From Pseudomonadota bacterium (GTDB lineage: Bacteria > Pseudomonadota > Alphaproteobacteria > UBA2136 > UBA6156), in assembly GCA_016125035.1 (NCBI GenBank), contig WGMN01000001.1:193526-257525 (forward strand): 64,000 bases of DNA, written 5' to 3'. Position 1 is the first letter of the stretch; every line of letters begins with the position of its first letter. The translations under genes and the position numbers were made by a program. This document shows, piece by piece, positions 45,794-55,227 of this stretch. Below the pieces are notes generated by a model that did no database searches, was not told the origin of the DNA, and was given only the letters and a program-made list of their open reading frames with translations.

Positions 45794-46708
45794 ATGCGCC
45801 ACCCTTCACGCGCTTTTTGTGGCACCCCGCTGTTGGCGGCGGCATTGCTGTGCCTAAGTGCGCCCGCCCACGCGGGGATGCTGGGCTTTATGGACCGCGC
45901 CTTTACCTTCCGTGAGGAACAGAAGCCGCTGGTGATACCCCACCACAACAGCGTGCCCAACCTGGTTTATCAGCCGCATTACAGCGACAGCGACCATGTG
46001 GCGTGGAGCGAATTTTACACCCGGCCGGATCTGGAGCCGCAGGATTATCTTTCCAACAGTGCCAGCAAGGTGATGCGCCCGGCCGACGGCAATGAGGCCA
46101 GCAGCGATGAAGATACCGGTGGCTGGCAGGCGATTAATGCGCGCGGCAACACCAACCAGGCCGCCGCAGACGCCGATGTGTTTATTGGCCGCCCCGGCGA
46201 AGGCCCGGGCATGCAGATGGGTGATGCCAACGTGGGTGTGGCCACCAAGATCGGCGCGGCGGTGAAAGACTGGCGCGACGACAGCGCAGATGCCGGCAAC
46301 CTGGCCAGCCGCCCGGGGGATTATGACTACCGCATGGCGGATATCCACCGCCCGGCGCTGGAAGAAGACGGCATTGTGCGCAGCGAGGCCCTGCCGAGCA
46401 ACACCAAGAAAGCCCGCGCCGACCTGGCCGCCAGTGCGCTGAGCCATGACAAGCGTTATGTCTCGTTCAACGCCGATGGGCAGGTGACCGCCTACATGGT
46501 GCAAAAGGGCGATACGCTGGGCGAGATTGCCGCGCAGCCCGCCATTTACGGCAAGACCACGTTGTGGCCGCTGATCTACTCGGCCAACCGCCAGGCCATT
46601 GGTGCCAGCCCGGCGAATTTGAAGGTGAAGCAGACCTTGACCATCCCGCGCAATTACAGCGATGCGCAGGCGCGTGACGCTGAAAAGCGCGCCGCCAAGA
46701 AGCGCTAA
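45794..46708 (+). CDS. Secreted LysM-domain protein.
   Basis: A signal peptide MRHPSRAFCGTPLLAAALLCLSAPAHA is present. A C-terminal LysM domain reads YMVQKGDTLGEIAA...TLWPLIYSANRQAI...LKVKQTLTIP. Confidence 0.65.
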   Translation: MRHPSRAFCGTPLLAAALLCLSAPAHAGMLGFMDRAFTFREEQKPLVIPHHNSVPNLVYQPHYSDSDHVAWSEFYTRPDLEPQDYLSNSASKVMRPADGNEASSDEDTGGWQAINARGNTNQAAADADVFIGRPGEGPGMQMGDANVGVATKIGAAVKDWRDDSADAGNLASRPGDYDYRMADIHRPALEEDGIVRSEALPSNTKKARADLAASALSHDKRYVSFNADGQVTAYMVQKGDTLGEIAAQPAIYGKTTLWPLIYSANRQAIGASPANLKVKQTLTIPRNYSDAQARDAEKRAAKKR

Positions 46709-47421
46709 GCCAGCAGCCCCCCGACCAGCATGTGGCGCTTGGGCGGAAAGCCCGCGATACGCGTGTGGCCAAAGCCCGCCAGAGTGAGAGACTCCTTAAC
46801 CAGACGCGCGGCGCTGTAGGTGGCGAAGGTGCCTTGCGGGTGGGTGTGGTGGGCCACCTGGGCGATGAGGGAGGGCTGCCACAGTTGGGGATTTTTGCTG
46901 GGGCTGAAGCCATCGAGAAACCAGGCGTGGGCCGGCTGGGGTTGGGTGGAGATGCCTTGCGCGGCATTGCCGACAAACAGGTGCAGGGTGATGGTGGGAG
47001 AGACGGAAAACCGGTGCCAGCCGGGCGCGGGTGTGTAGGCCGCAAGGAAAGCCTGGCTGAGCGGCTGGAGGTGCTGCGGCATGGCCGTGTGGATGGCGGT
47101 GAGTTCCTGTGCGGAAAAAGGGAATTGCTCGTAGCTGATGAAGGTGAGTTGCGCGCCGTGGGGAGCGGTGGTTTGCCACAATTGGGCGGTGAGGAGGAAG
47201 TTGAGGCCGGTGCCAAAGCCGAGCTCGGCCACCGTGAAGGCCCCTGCCCCGGCAAAGCGTTGCGGCAGGTTGTTGCCTTGGAGGAAGACGTAAGCTTTTT
47301 CCGCCGCGCCGCCGCTGGCTGACCAGTAGTGATCATCAAACTGCGGGGAATAAGGGCGCATGGCCCATGGTAACGGGAGGAGAAGAATCATCATAGCTTC
47401 TTGATATGCTTGCGGCGACAC
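46705..47421 (-). CDS. mnmC: tRNA (mnm5s2U34) methyltransferase, a stand-alone MnmC N-terminal (MnmD-like) SAM-dependent domain.
   Basis: It has FDDHYWS...YVFLQGN...FTVAELGFGTGLNFL, collinear with the E. coli MnmC N-terminal domain. The FAD oxidase domain is absent. Confidence 0.7.
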   Translation of the reverse strand: MSPQAYQEAMMILLLPLPWAMRPYSPQFDDHYWSASGGAAEKAYVFLQGNNLPQRFAGAGAFTVAELGFGTGLNFLLTAQLWQTTAPHGAQLTFISYEQFPFSAQELTAIHTAMPQHLQPLSQAFLAAYTPAPGWHRFSVSPTITLHLFVGNAAQGISTQPQPAHAWFLDGFSPSKNPQLWQPSLIAQVAHHTHPQGTFATYSAARLVKESLTLAGFGHTRIAGFPPKRHMLVGGLLA

Positions 47422-49349
47422 TGAGGGCCATGTTGGAGAGGATTACCCACCCGGCACGCCCGCGGCGTGCACGGCGCCACCACGGCCTGCTTTATATTGG
47501 CCTGGCGGTGCTGTTGCTGCTGGTGGCGCTGGCCGTGGCGGCGCAGGTGGGGGGGCTGACCTGGCCGGTGACGCACCTTGCCAGCGCGTTGAGCGGGCAC
47601 ACGGTGCGCGCGGAGGATGTATCGGCAAGGGTCTTCAGCGCCACCCCTTCTGTGACGGTGAAAGGCTTGCGGGTGGACGAGGCTTCATCCACCCGGCCGC
47701 TGGCCGAAGTGGGCCGCCTGCGCGTGGAGGTGAACCCGCTGGGGCTTATAAGTGCGCGCCCGCTGCTGCATGACGTGGAGATTGACCAGCCGAGCCTGAC
47801 CCTGGTGCGCAACGCCGACGGCAGCGCCAACTGGAAGAACGGCGGTGACACTGCGGTGCCGGTGCATCTGCCGGCGGTGCGCCACCTGAGCCTGAGTGAC
47901 GGTCATTTGACCTACAGCGATGCGGCGCACACCATGCGGTTGCAGGCGGTGTTTGCCTCCCGCGAAGAGAATGGGCGCGGTGGCGGGCGCTTTACGCTGA
48001 AGGGAGATGGGCAGTTGAACGGCAAGCCCTTTAGCCTTGATTTTGACGGCCCGGCCATGCTGGGTGTGCGGGCAGACGTGCCCTACGCCTTTAGCCTGGC
48101 GATGAAAGGTGGAAACACCGAACTGGATGCCAAAGGCCAAGTGCGCGAGCCTTTTGACCTGACCACCATTGACGCCGATGTGCGCGCGCGTGGACAGAAC
48201 CTTGCCGACCTTTACTATCTGACCGGTTTGGTGCTGCCGACCACCAAGCCGTACGAACTTTCACTTACCGTAGGCCAGCAGGGCAACCATGTGCGCCTGG
48301 ATAAAGTGGTGGGAAAAGTAGGCGGAAGTGACCTGAGCGGCGACCTGACCGTGGTGCTGGGCGGTGAGCGGCCGGTGTTGAAGGGCGCGTTGGTGTCTCA
48401 TGTGCTGGATGTGGCCGATGTGGGAATTTTGTTTGGGCCGACGCCCAACAGCGACAAGCTCTTCCCCACCAGCAAGATTGACGTGGAGCGCCTGCACGCC
48501 ATGGATGCCCAGGTGCATTACGCCGCAGACAGTTTGAACTTGAGTGTGGCGCTGCGCGAGGTTTCCACCACCATTAACCTGGACAACGGCCTGCTGAGGC
48601 TTGACCCGCTGGCGGTAACCCTGCCCCAGGGCCGGGTGGAAGGCACTTTTACGCTGGATGCGCGCGAAGCCACGCCCAACCTGAGTGTGGATGCGAAGCT
48701 GAGTGGAGCGCGGCTGGAGAGTTTCATCCCCGGCGTTGGCGGCACCACCGACAAGCCGCTGGAAGGGAACGTGGTGGCACGGGCACAGCTGGCGGGGCGG
48801 GGGGAGTCTGTCCACGACGCCATGGCCGCGGCACAGGGCAGCTTGACGCTGGTAGTGCCACACGGCGAGATACGCCAGGCCTTTGCCGAGCTGATGGGGA
48901 TTGATGTTGTCAACGCCTTGGGCCTGCTGGCCACCGGGAACACCCAAACCACCCAGGTGCGCTGCGGTGTAGCCAGCTTTAGCGGCGAGAACGGGGTGTT
49001 CCATGCCAACACCATTGTGCTGGATACCGGTGTGGTGCTGGCCGAAGGCAGCGGCAGCATTAACCTGGGCAGCGAGAAGATGGACTTGACCTTTAAAGGC
49101 CACCCCAAGCAGGCACGTGTGTTGCGGGTGGTGGCACCCGTGAAAGTAAGCGGGTTGCTGCGCAAACCCCAGGTTGGCGTGGATGTGGCCCAGGCCGGTG
49201 CGCAGGCAGGTGTGGCGGTGGCGCTGGGAGCGTTGTTGACCCCCATCGCCGGGATTTTGCCCTTTGTAGACCCCGGCCTGGCCGATGACGCGGATTGCAA
49301 AGAGTTATTAGCCCAGGCCCGGGCCAGCGGAAATTTACCGCGTAAATAG
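47406..49349 (+). CDS. asmA: AsmA-family outer-membrane biogenesis protein.
   Basis: An N-terminal TM anchor is followed by a long beta-rich periplasmic region, including the ADGSANW repeat pattern typical of AsmA/TamB-like proteins. Confidence 0.75.
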   Translation: MLAATLRAMLERITHPARPRRARRHHGLLYIGLAVLLLLVALAVAAQVGGLTWPVTHLASALSGHTVRAEDVSARVFSATPSVTVKGLRVDEASSTRPLAEVGRLRVEVNPLGLISARPLLHDVEIDQPSLTLVRNADGSANWKNGGDTAVPVHLPAVRHLSLSDGHLTYSDAAHTMRLQAVFASREENGRGGGRFTLKGDGQLNGKPFSLDFDGPAMLGVRADVPYAFSLAMKGGNTELDAKGQVREPFDLTTIDADVRARGQNLADLYYLTGLVLPTTKPYELSLTVGQQGNHVRLDKVVGKVGGSDLSGDLTVVLGGERPVLKGALVSHVLDVADVGILFGPTPNSDKLFPTSKIDVERLHAMDAQVHYAADSLNLSVALREVSTTINLDNGLLRLDPLAVTLPQGRVEGTFTLDAREATPNLSVDAKLSGARLESFIPGVGGTTDKPLEGNVVARAQLAGRGESVHDAMAAAQGSLTLVVPHGEIRQAFAELMGIDVVNALGLLATGNTQTTQVRCGVASFSGENGVFHANTIVLDTGVVLAEGSGSINLGSEKMDLTFKGHPKQARVLRVVAPVKVSGLLRKPQVGVDVAQAGAQAGVAVALGALLTPIAGILPFVDPGLADDADCKELLAQARASGNLPRK

Positions 49350-49361
49350 ATTGGGCGCGGT

Positions 49362-49436
49362 TGGTGCCTCCGCCCGGAATCGAACCGGGATTTAGAGCTT
49401 AGGAGGCTCTCGTCCTATCCATTGAACGACGGCGGC
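49362..49436 (-). tRNA. tRNA-Arg (CCT anticodon).
   Basis: The reverse complement folds as GCCGCCG-TC-GTTCAATGGATAGGAC-G-AGAGC-CTCCTAA-GCTCT-AAAT-CCCGG-TTCGATT-CCGGG-CGGAGGC-A-CCA. The acceptor stem has one G-A mismatch. It is collinear with E. coli argW-type tRNA. Confidence 0.8.
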
Positions 49437-49517
49437 TTGGGGGCTTTGTGGCCGACATGGGGCCGGTGGTCAAGGGCCAACTGGTCAACCGGCCGGGCTT
49501 TTGCTAGGGTGGCCGCC

Positions 49518-50285
49518 ATGGGGATGAGGTGCTTTGCGATTTTACTGGCTTTGGTCATGCCGTTGGCCGCCCATGCGGCGGTGCCGGCCAGCGGCCGGGT
49601 GGCCAAGGTGATTGACGGCGACACGGTGGTTTTGGCCAGCGGTGAGCATGTGCGCCTTTTGGACATAAACACGCCGGAGATTGGGCACGATGACGAACCG
49701 GATGAACCGGGTGCGCGTGCGGCCAGTGTGGCGCTGCGGAACATGGCGCTGGGCAAGGACGTGAAGCTGGTTTACGGCCCGCAGGAGTACGACCAGTATG
49801 GACGGCTTCTGGCGCATCTTTATTTACAGGACGGAAGTTGGGTGAATGGGGAGCTTGTGGCGCAAGGTTTGGCGCATATTTACACCTTTGGCGACAATGA
49901 ATTGAAAACCGCGCAGCTTTTGCCGCTGGAAGAGAAGGCGCGGGCAGAGAAAAAAGGGTTGTGGGCGCTGCCGCAATGGCGCGTGTTTGATGCGGCAAGT
50001 TGTTGTGGGGACGGGGAAATTGGGCGGTATATTCTGGTGAAAGGCAAGCCGTTGGCGGTGGTGGTTAAAAAGGATGAGACGTATTTTAACTTTGGGCCGG
50101 ATTTCCGCACTGATTTTACCGTGGAGGTGGAAAAGAAGGACATGCGCTGGTTCAAGAAAGCCGGAATTAAGGATTTGGCGGCTTATTATGGCGGCAAGGA
50201 GCTGCTGGTGCGCGGCAAAACCGCGCCGGTGAACGGCGTTTTGATGCGGGTGACGCACCCCGCGCAGATTGAAATTGTGGAATGA
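49518..50285 (+). CDS. Secreted thermonuclease (staphylococcal nuclease/SNase homolog).
   Basis: A signal peptide MGMRCFAILLALVMPLAAHA is followed by the SNase motifs VIDGDTVVL and VRLLDINTPE. Its stop lies 4 nt before the mutS start. Confidence 0.85.
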   Translation: MGMRCFAILLALVMPLAAHAAVPASGRVAKVIDGDTVVLASGEHVRLLDINTPEIGHDDEPDEPGARAASVALRNMALGKDVKLVYGPQEYDQYGRLLAHLYLQDGSWVNGELVAQGLAHIYTFGDNELKTAQLLPLEEKARAEKKGLWALPQWRVFDAASCCGDGEIGRYILVKGKPLAVVVKKDETYFNFGPDFRTDFTVEVEKKDMRWFKKAGIKDLAAYYGGKELLVRGKTAPVNGVLMRVTHPAQIEIVE

Positions 50286-50289
50286 TATC

Positions 50290-52998
50290 ATGGCAGTAGC
50301 GGATAGCCCGGTGATGAAGCAATACCAGGCGGTGAAGGCACAGTACCCGGATGCGGTGGTGATGTTTCGCATGGGAGATTTTTACGAGATGTTTGGGCCG
50401 GATGCTTTGCAAGCATCTGAAATACTGGGGATAACTTTGACCAAGCGGCGCACCGCGCAGGCGGGAGATGAGGGCGTGCCGATGTGTGGCGTGCCCTACC
50501 ATGCAGGTGAGGGGTATATTGGCAAGTTGTTGAAACATGGCGTGAAAGTTGCGCTGGCCGAGCAGGTGGAGAGCCCTGAGGCGGCCAAAAAAGCGCGGGG
50601 TTCCGCCGCCATTGTGCGGCGGGAGGTGGTGCGGCTTTATACGCCGGGGACGCTGACGGAAGAGGCTTATCTGGTTGATAAGACGCCAAGTTATTTAGTG
50701 ACGGTGTGTGACGACAGAGGGGCGGCAAAAGGCGGCGAAACGCTGCAAAACGCTGCAGTGGAGCGGCAAAAAGGCGGCAACGGCGCGGCGGCAGGCGGCG
50801 GAACACTGCAAAGCGCGGCGGCGCGCTGGGAAGGTGTGGTGGCGTGGCTGGATGTTTCCACCGGAGAAGTGGGGTGGCGCAGTGTGACCGGCGCGAGTTT
50901 GCCGCAGGTGCTGGCGGCGCTGCCGGTGGGCGAGACGGTGGTGCCGGGCACGCTGGAAGACACCGTGTGCGCGTGGCTGCCGCGGCGCCAGGTGAGTGTG
51001 CATGACGGCTTGTTTGCGCGCAGCAGCGCGGAGAGTGCCCTGGCGCGGGCTTATGGTGTGCAGGAAGTGGGTGGATTAGGCCTGACCAGCCCCCACGCAG
51101 TGCAGGCGGTGGGCGCGCTGGTGGGTTATGCCGAATTGACGCAGATGGGCAAGTTGCCGCGCCTGATGAACCCGCGCGAGGTGAGTGGGCGCGCGCGGCT
51201 GGCGATGGATGTTTCCACGCGCAGGAATTTGGAACTGACCGAGAGTTTAAGTGGGCGGCGTGCCGACAGTTTGCTGGGTGTGCTGGACCGCACCGTGACC
51301 AGTGCGGGCGGGCGTTTGCTGGGGCGTTGGGTGGCCGAGCCGTTGGCGAATGTGGGAGAGATAAAGGCGCGGCAGAATGCCGTGGGTGTGCTGGGGCAGG
51401 GTGACAGGGTCTCAGGATCTCAGGATCTCAGGGGGCGGGTGCGGGAGTTGCTGAAGGACACCGGCGATGTGGCGCGTTGTGTGAGCCGGTTGTTGCTGGG
51501 GCGTGGCGGACCAAGGGACCTGGCGGTGTTGCGCGGCACCGGTGCGGTGCTGCCGGAGCTGGCCAAGGTGTTGCAAGGATGCGAAGGATTGCTGGCTGAG
51601 CAGGCGGTTGGGCTGAACGGATTGGGCGAGCTGACCGCGTTGCTGGAACGCGCGCTGGCGGATGACCCCCTGCCCGCGCTGGTGCGCGATGGTGGGTTTA
51701 TCCGCGAGGGGTTTGACGGGGAGTTGGACGGCTACCGCAAACTTTCCACCGATGGCAATGCGTTGCTGGCGGCACTGGAAGAAAAGGAAGCGCGCGGTTG
51801 CGGCATGGGGGCCAAACTGCGTTTTAACCAGGTGTGGGGGTATTATCTGGAAGTGACCAAGGTGCAGATGGGCGGGGGGAAAACCCCTGACCATTGGGTG
51901 CACCGCCAGACCACCACGCAAACCCACCGCTACACCACGCCGGAATTGATGGTGTTGGAGCGCGAGCTGGGCAGCGCCGGGGCCAAGGTGCAGCGGCGCG
52001 AAGAAGAGCTTCTGGCCGAACTTTTGGAAGCGGTGAAGGCAGCCAGTTATGCGCTGCTGGCGGCGAGTGAGGCGTTGGCGGTGCTGGATGTGGTGGCCAC
52101 GCTGGCCGAGGTGGCGGTGCGGCTGGGCTGGATTTGCCCGCTGGTGGATGACAGCGAGGCCTTTGCGGTTGAGGGCGGCAAGCACCCGGTGGTGGCCGCG
52201 CGGGTGAGCGATTTTGTGGCCAACGGTTGCGACTTGAGTGGTGGCCAGTTGTGGTTGCTGACCGGCCCGAACATGGCGGGGAAGAGCACTTTTCTGCGCC
52301 AGAATGCGTTGATCCTGATCCTGGCGCAGATGGGGAGCTTCGTGCCCGCAGTGAAGGCGCATGTGGGCGTGGCGGATGCGGTGTTCTCCCGCATTGGTGC
52401 GGCGGATGACTTGGCCGCCGGGCAGAGTACGTTCATGGTGGAGATGGTGGAGACCGCGGCGATTTTGAACCGTGCGACCAGCCGCAGTTTGGTGATTTTA
52501 GACGAGTTGGGGCGGGGCACCGCCACCTATGACGGGTTGGCGATCGCGTGGGCGTGTGTGGAAGACGTGGCCGGGCGCATTGGTTGCCGCACGCTGTTTG
52601 CCACCCACTACCATGAGCTGACGGCGTTGCAGGCGACGTTGGAGCGCGTGAGTTGCTGGCAAGTGGCGGTGCGGGAATGGAAGGGGGAAATTGTTTTCCT
52701 CCACGAGGTGAAGCCTGGTGCGGCGGCGGGGAGTTACGGTGTGCAGGTGGCGAAGCTGGCGGGGGTTCCGCAGGGTGTGGTGGCGCGGGCACAGGGGTTG
52801 CTGGATGGATTTTTGAAAGTGGCGCATGGGCGGGGAGTGGCGCGCGTGGATGAGCTGAGTTTGTTTGCCGCGCCGGTGCGTGCGGCGGCGCGTGAGGAGA
52901 ATGAGATTGAGAAGCGGTTGAAGGGGATGGATGTGGATGGGTTGAGTGCGCGCGAGGCGCTGGAGGAGCTTTACCGGTTGCGGGGGATGGTGAATTGA
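50290..52998 (+). CDS. mutS: DNA mismatch repair protein MutS.
   Basis: The N-terminus is PVMKQYQAVKAQYPDAVVMFRMGDFYEMF. It has the Walker A GPNMAGKST and STFMVEM motifs, and a C-terminal dimerization region. There is a low-complexity insertion after the mismatch-binding domain. Confidence 0.95.
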   Translation: MAVADSPVMKQYQAVKAQYPDAVVMFRMGDFYEMFGPDALQASEILGITLTKRRTAQAGDEGVPMCGVPYHAGEGYIGKLLKHGVKVALAEQVESPEAAKKARGSAAIVRREVVRLYTPGTLTEEAYLVDKTPSYLVTVCDDRGAAKGGETLQNAAVERQKGGNGAAAGGGTLQSAAARWEGVVAWLDVSTGEVGWRSVTGASLPQVLAALPVGETVVPGTLEDTVCAWLPRRQVSVHDGLFARSSAESALARAYGVQEVGGLGLTSPHAVQAVGALVGYAELTQMGKLPRLMNPREVSGRARLAMDVSTRRNLELTESLSGRRADSLLGVLDRTVTSAGGRLLGRWVAEPLANVGEIKARQNAVGVLGQGDRVSGSQDLRGRVRELLKDTGDVARCVSRLLLGRGGPRDLAVLRGTGAVLPELAKVLQGCEGLLAEQAVGLNGLGELTALLERALADDPLPALVRDGGFIREGFDGELDGYRKLSTDGNALLAALEEKEARGCGMGAKLRFNQVWGYYLEVTKVQMGGGKTPDHWVHRQTTTQTHRYTTPELMVLERELGSAGAKVQRREEELLAELLEAVKAASYALLAASEALAVLDVVATLAEVAVRLGWICPLVDDSEAFAVEGGKHPVVAARVSDFVANGCDLSGGQLWLLTGPNMAGKSTFLRQNALILILAQMGSFVPAVKAHVGVADAVFSRIGAADDLAAGQSTFMVEMVETAAILNRATSRSLVILDELGRGTATYDGLAIAWACVEDVAGRIGCRTLFATHYHELTALQATLERVSCWQVAVREWKGEIVFLHEVKPGAAAGSYGVQVAKLAGVPQGVVARAQGLLDGFLKVAHGRGVARVDELSLFAAPVRAAAREENEIEKRLKGMDVDGLSAREALEELYRLRGMVN

Positions 52999-53046
52999 AA
53001 ACGGCCGCCACGAGGGCGGCCGGTTCCAAAATTGGTCCCGTAATTT

Positions 53047-53430
53047 CTACGGATTCTTTTTTATTGAGGCTGCAAGCTCTTTGAGAGCTTTTATTTCCCA
53101 CTCAAGGTGCCTCTGAACCTTGCACGAATCGATGAGGATTTCGGATTCGGGAGTTGGCCCATCGCGACCAGGAGCAGAAATGCACCCCACCGCAAAATTT
53201 ATGTAAGCGCTGCTATATATCTCCCCGCGAAGAGAGGAATAGCGGCAAGCTTTGTACTCTGATTCCGCGATTTCGAACGCAGCAATGCAGCGTAAAGGAA
53301 TTGAAGAAAGACTACCCGGCGATTTGCCGGAGGCTTGGGCGGCAAAATCGAGCAGGGGGCCGGCCTGCGCGGGGAACAAAAGCGCGCCCGAGAGTAAAAA
53401 AATGGCAGCAACCTGCTTAAACTTCAGCAT
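53047..53430 (-). CDS. Hypothetical secreted small protein (about 127 aa, 4 Cys), encoded by a low-GC gene.
   Basis: A signal peptide MLKFKQVAAIFLLSGALLFPAQA is present. There is no recognisable domain. Local GC is clearly below that of the flanks. Confidence 0.45.
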   Translation of the reverse strand: MLKFKQVAAIFLLSGALLFPAQAGPLLDFAAQASGKSPGSLSSIPLRCIAAFEIAESEYKACRYSSLRGEIYSSAYINFAVGCISAPGRDGPTPESEILIDSCKVQRHLEWEIKALKELAASIKKNP

Positions 53431-53604
53431 GTCATTTCCTTTCAGCCCCGGAGGGCTTTTCTGGTGTGAAAAACCCTCTTTGGGCCGTTGAAAAGGCACA
53501 AATTATGGCTGGTATACATGCTGAGGGCTCGCTTGGCAAGGAGACTTTAGCCTGCCCCTGAAGCGTTAGACAAACCCCTGGAATTCATTCTATCTTGCTG
53601 GCTC

Positions 53605-55227
53605 ATGGCGATTTTGAAGAATTCGGTGATTGTTTCCGTGTGGACGGTGGTGAGCCGTTGGCTTGGGTTTGCGCGGGACTTGCTGATCGCCAACAAGCTG
53701 GGGGCGACGGATGCGGCGGACGCCTTTTTTATTGCGTTGATGCTGCCGAACTTGTTCCGCAGATTGTTTGCCGAAGGGGCTTTTAATGTGGCGTTCGTGC
53801 CGATTTTGGCGCGGCACAAGGGGGTAAGCCAGGAAGAAGCGATGCGCTTTGCCAACGCGGCCTTTAGCTGGCTGCTGCTGGTGGTGAGTATGGTGACGGT
53901 GGCAGGCGTGATCTTCATGCCCGTGCTGGTGATGGTGCTGGCCAGTGGCTACGCCGCCCTGCCCGCCAAGTTTGCGCTGGCGGTGGAGCTGGGGAGGATC
54001 TGCTTCCCGTATTTGGGGCTGATTACCGTGGCGGCTTTTTTGGGCGCGCTGTGCAACACCTTTGGCAAGTTCGCCGCTTATGCGATGGTGCCGGCGTTGT
54101 TGAATATTTCCATTTTAGTGTGTTTGTTTGCGCTGCCCGGGATGGGCGCCGACCCGGCGTGGGCGGCGGCGTGGAGCATACCTCTGGGAGGGATCGCGCA
54201 GGTGGCCTACATGCTGTGGGCGGCGCGGCGGCTGGGGCTGGACCTGACCCTGGCGTGGTTGCCCAGGCACGCAGACCTGCGCACGTTGCTGGTGCGTTTG
54301 GGGCCCGCGGTGGTGGGAGTGGGCGTGCTGCAGCTTTCCATCATTATTGACAACAGTGTGGCCAGCCACCTGCCCGGCACCGCCGTGACCTACTTGCAGT
54401 TTGCCAACCGTTTTTACCAGCTTCCGCTGAGCGTGGTGGGCATTGCGGTGGCCACCGTGCTGTTGCCCGAATTGGCGGTGCTGCTGGGCAAGGGCGACAA
54501 GAAACAGGCGGCCAGCACCTTTACCGATGCCCTGGCAGGGTGTTTGGTGATTGCGCTGGGCGCGGCGGTGGGGATGTTTATTTTAGCGCCGGAGATGATG
54601 GAGGTATCGCTGGCGCACGGGGCCTTTACCCCCGAGGCGGCGCGGATGAGCGCGTGGGCGATGATGGCGTTTGTGGCAGGGTTGCCGGCCTACATTGTGA
54701 CCAAGGTGACCGCGCCGGCGTTTTTTGCCAGCGGCGACCCGGTGCGCCCGGTGAAGGCCAGCGCCGTGGCGCTGGGGGTGAACCTGGTGATGAACATTAC
54801 CGTGCTGCTGCTGGCACAGCGTTATGGCTTTGAGAATGTGGCGCACGTGGGGATTGCGGCCTCCACCGCCGTGGGCGGCTACGCCAACGCCGCCTTGCAG
54901 TGGCATTGGCTGAACCAGCGCGGCGTGCTGGAGATTGACCGGCCCAAGTTTGGCCGCGATGTGGTGAAGATGCTGGGTGTGGCGGGGGCGTTGGCAGTGG
55001 TGCTGGTGTTGGGGAAAGTCTTCCTCCCCTACAATGCGGACTGGTTGCTGGTGGTGCGGATTGTATGGCTGGGTGCGATGATGGCGGTGGGCGGAGCGGT
55101 GTTTGCCGGGGCGCTGGAAGTGAGCGGGCTGATTAGCCTGCGCGCGCTGGCCCGGCGGGTGCGCAACCGGCGCAAGGTTACTTTGCCCGGCGCGGCTTCT
55201 GGTGGTTCCGGCGGGGCGGCGCTTTAG
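53605..55227 (+). CDS. murJ: Lipid II flippase MurJ (MviN).
   Basis: The N-terminus is ILKNSVIVSVWTVVSRWLGFARDLLIANKLGA, followed by LPNLFRRLFAEGAFNVAFVP. It has 14 TM helices. Confidence 0.9.
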   Translation: MAILKNSVIVSVWTVVSRWLGFARDLLIANKLGATDAADAFFIALMLPNLFRRLFAEGAFNVAFVPILARHKGVSQEEAMRFANAAFSWLLLVVSMVTVAGVIFMPVLVMVLASGYAALPAKFALAVELGRICFPYLGLITVAAFLGALCNTFGKFAAYAMVPALLNISILVCLFALPGMGADPAWAAAWSIPLGGIAQVAYMLWAARRLGLDLTLAWLPRHADLRTLLVRLGPAVVGVGVLQLSIIIDNSVASHLPGTAVTYLQFANRFYQLPLSVVGIAVATVLLPELAVLLGKGDKKQAASTFTDALAGCLVIALGAAVGMFILAPEMMEVSLAHGAFTPEAARMSAWAMMAFVAGLPAYIVTKVTAPAFFASGDPVRPVKASAVALGVNLVMNITVLLLAQRYGFENVAHVGIAASTAVGGYANAALQWHWLNQRGVLEIDRPKFGRDVVKMLGVAGALAVVLVLGKVFLPYNADWLLVVRIVWLGAMMAVGGAVFAGALEVSGLISLRALARRVRNRRKVTLPGAASGGSGGAAL

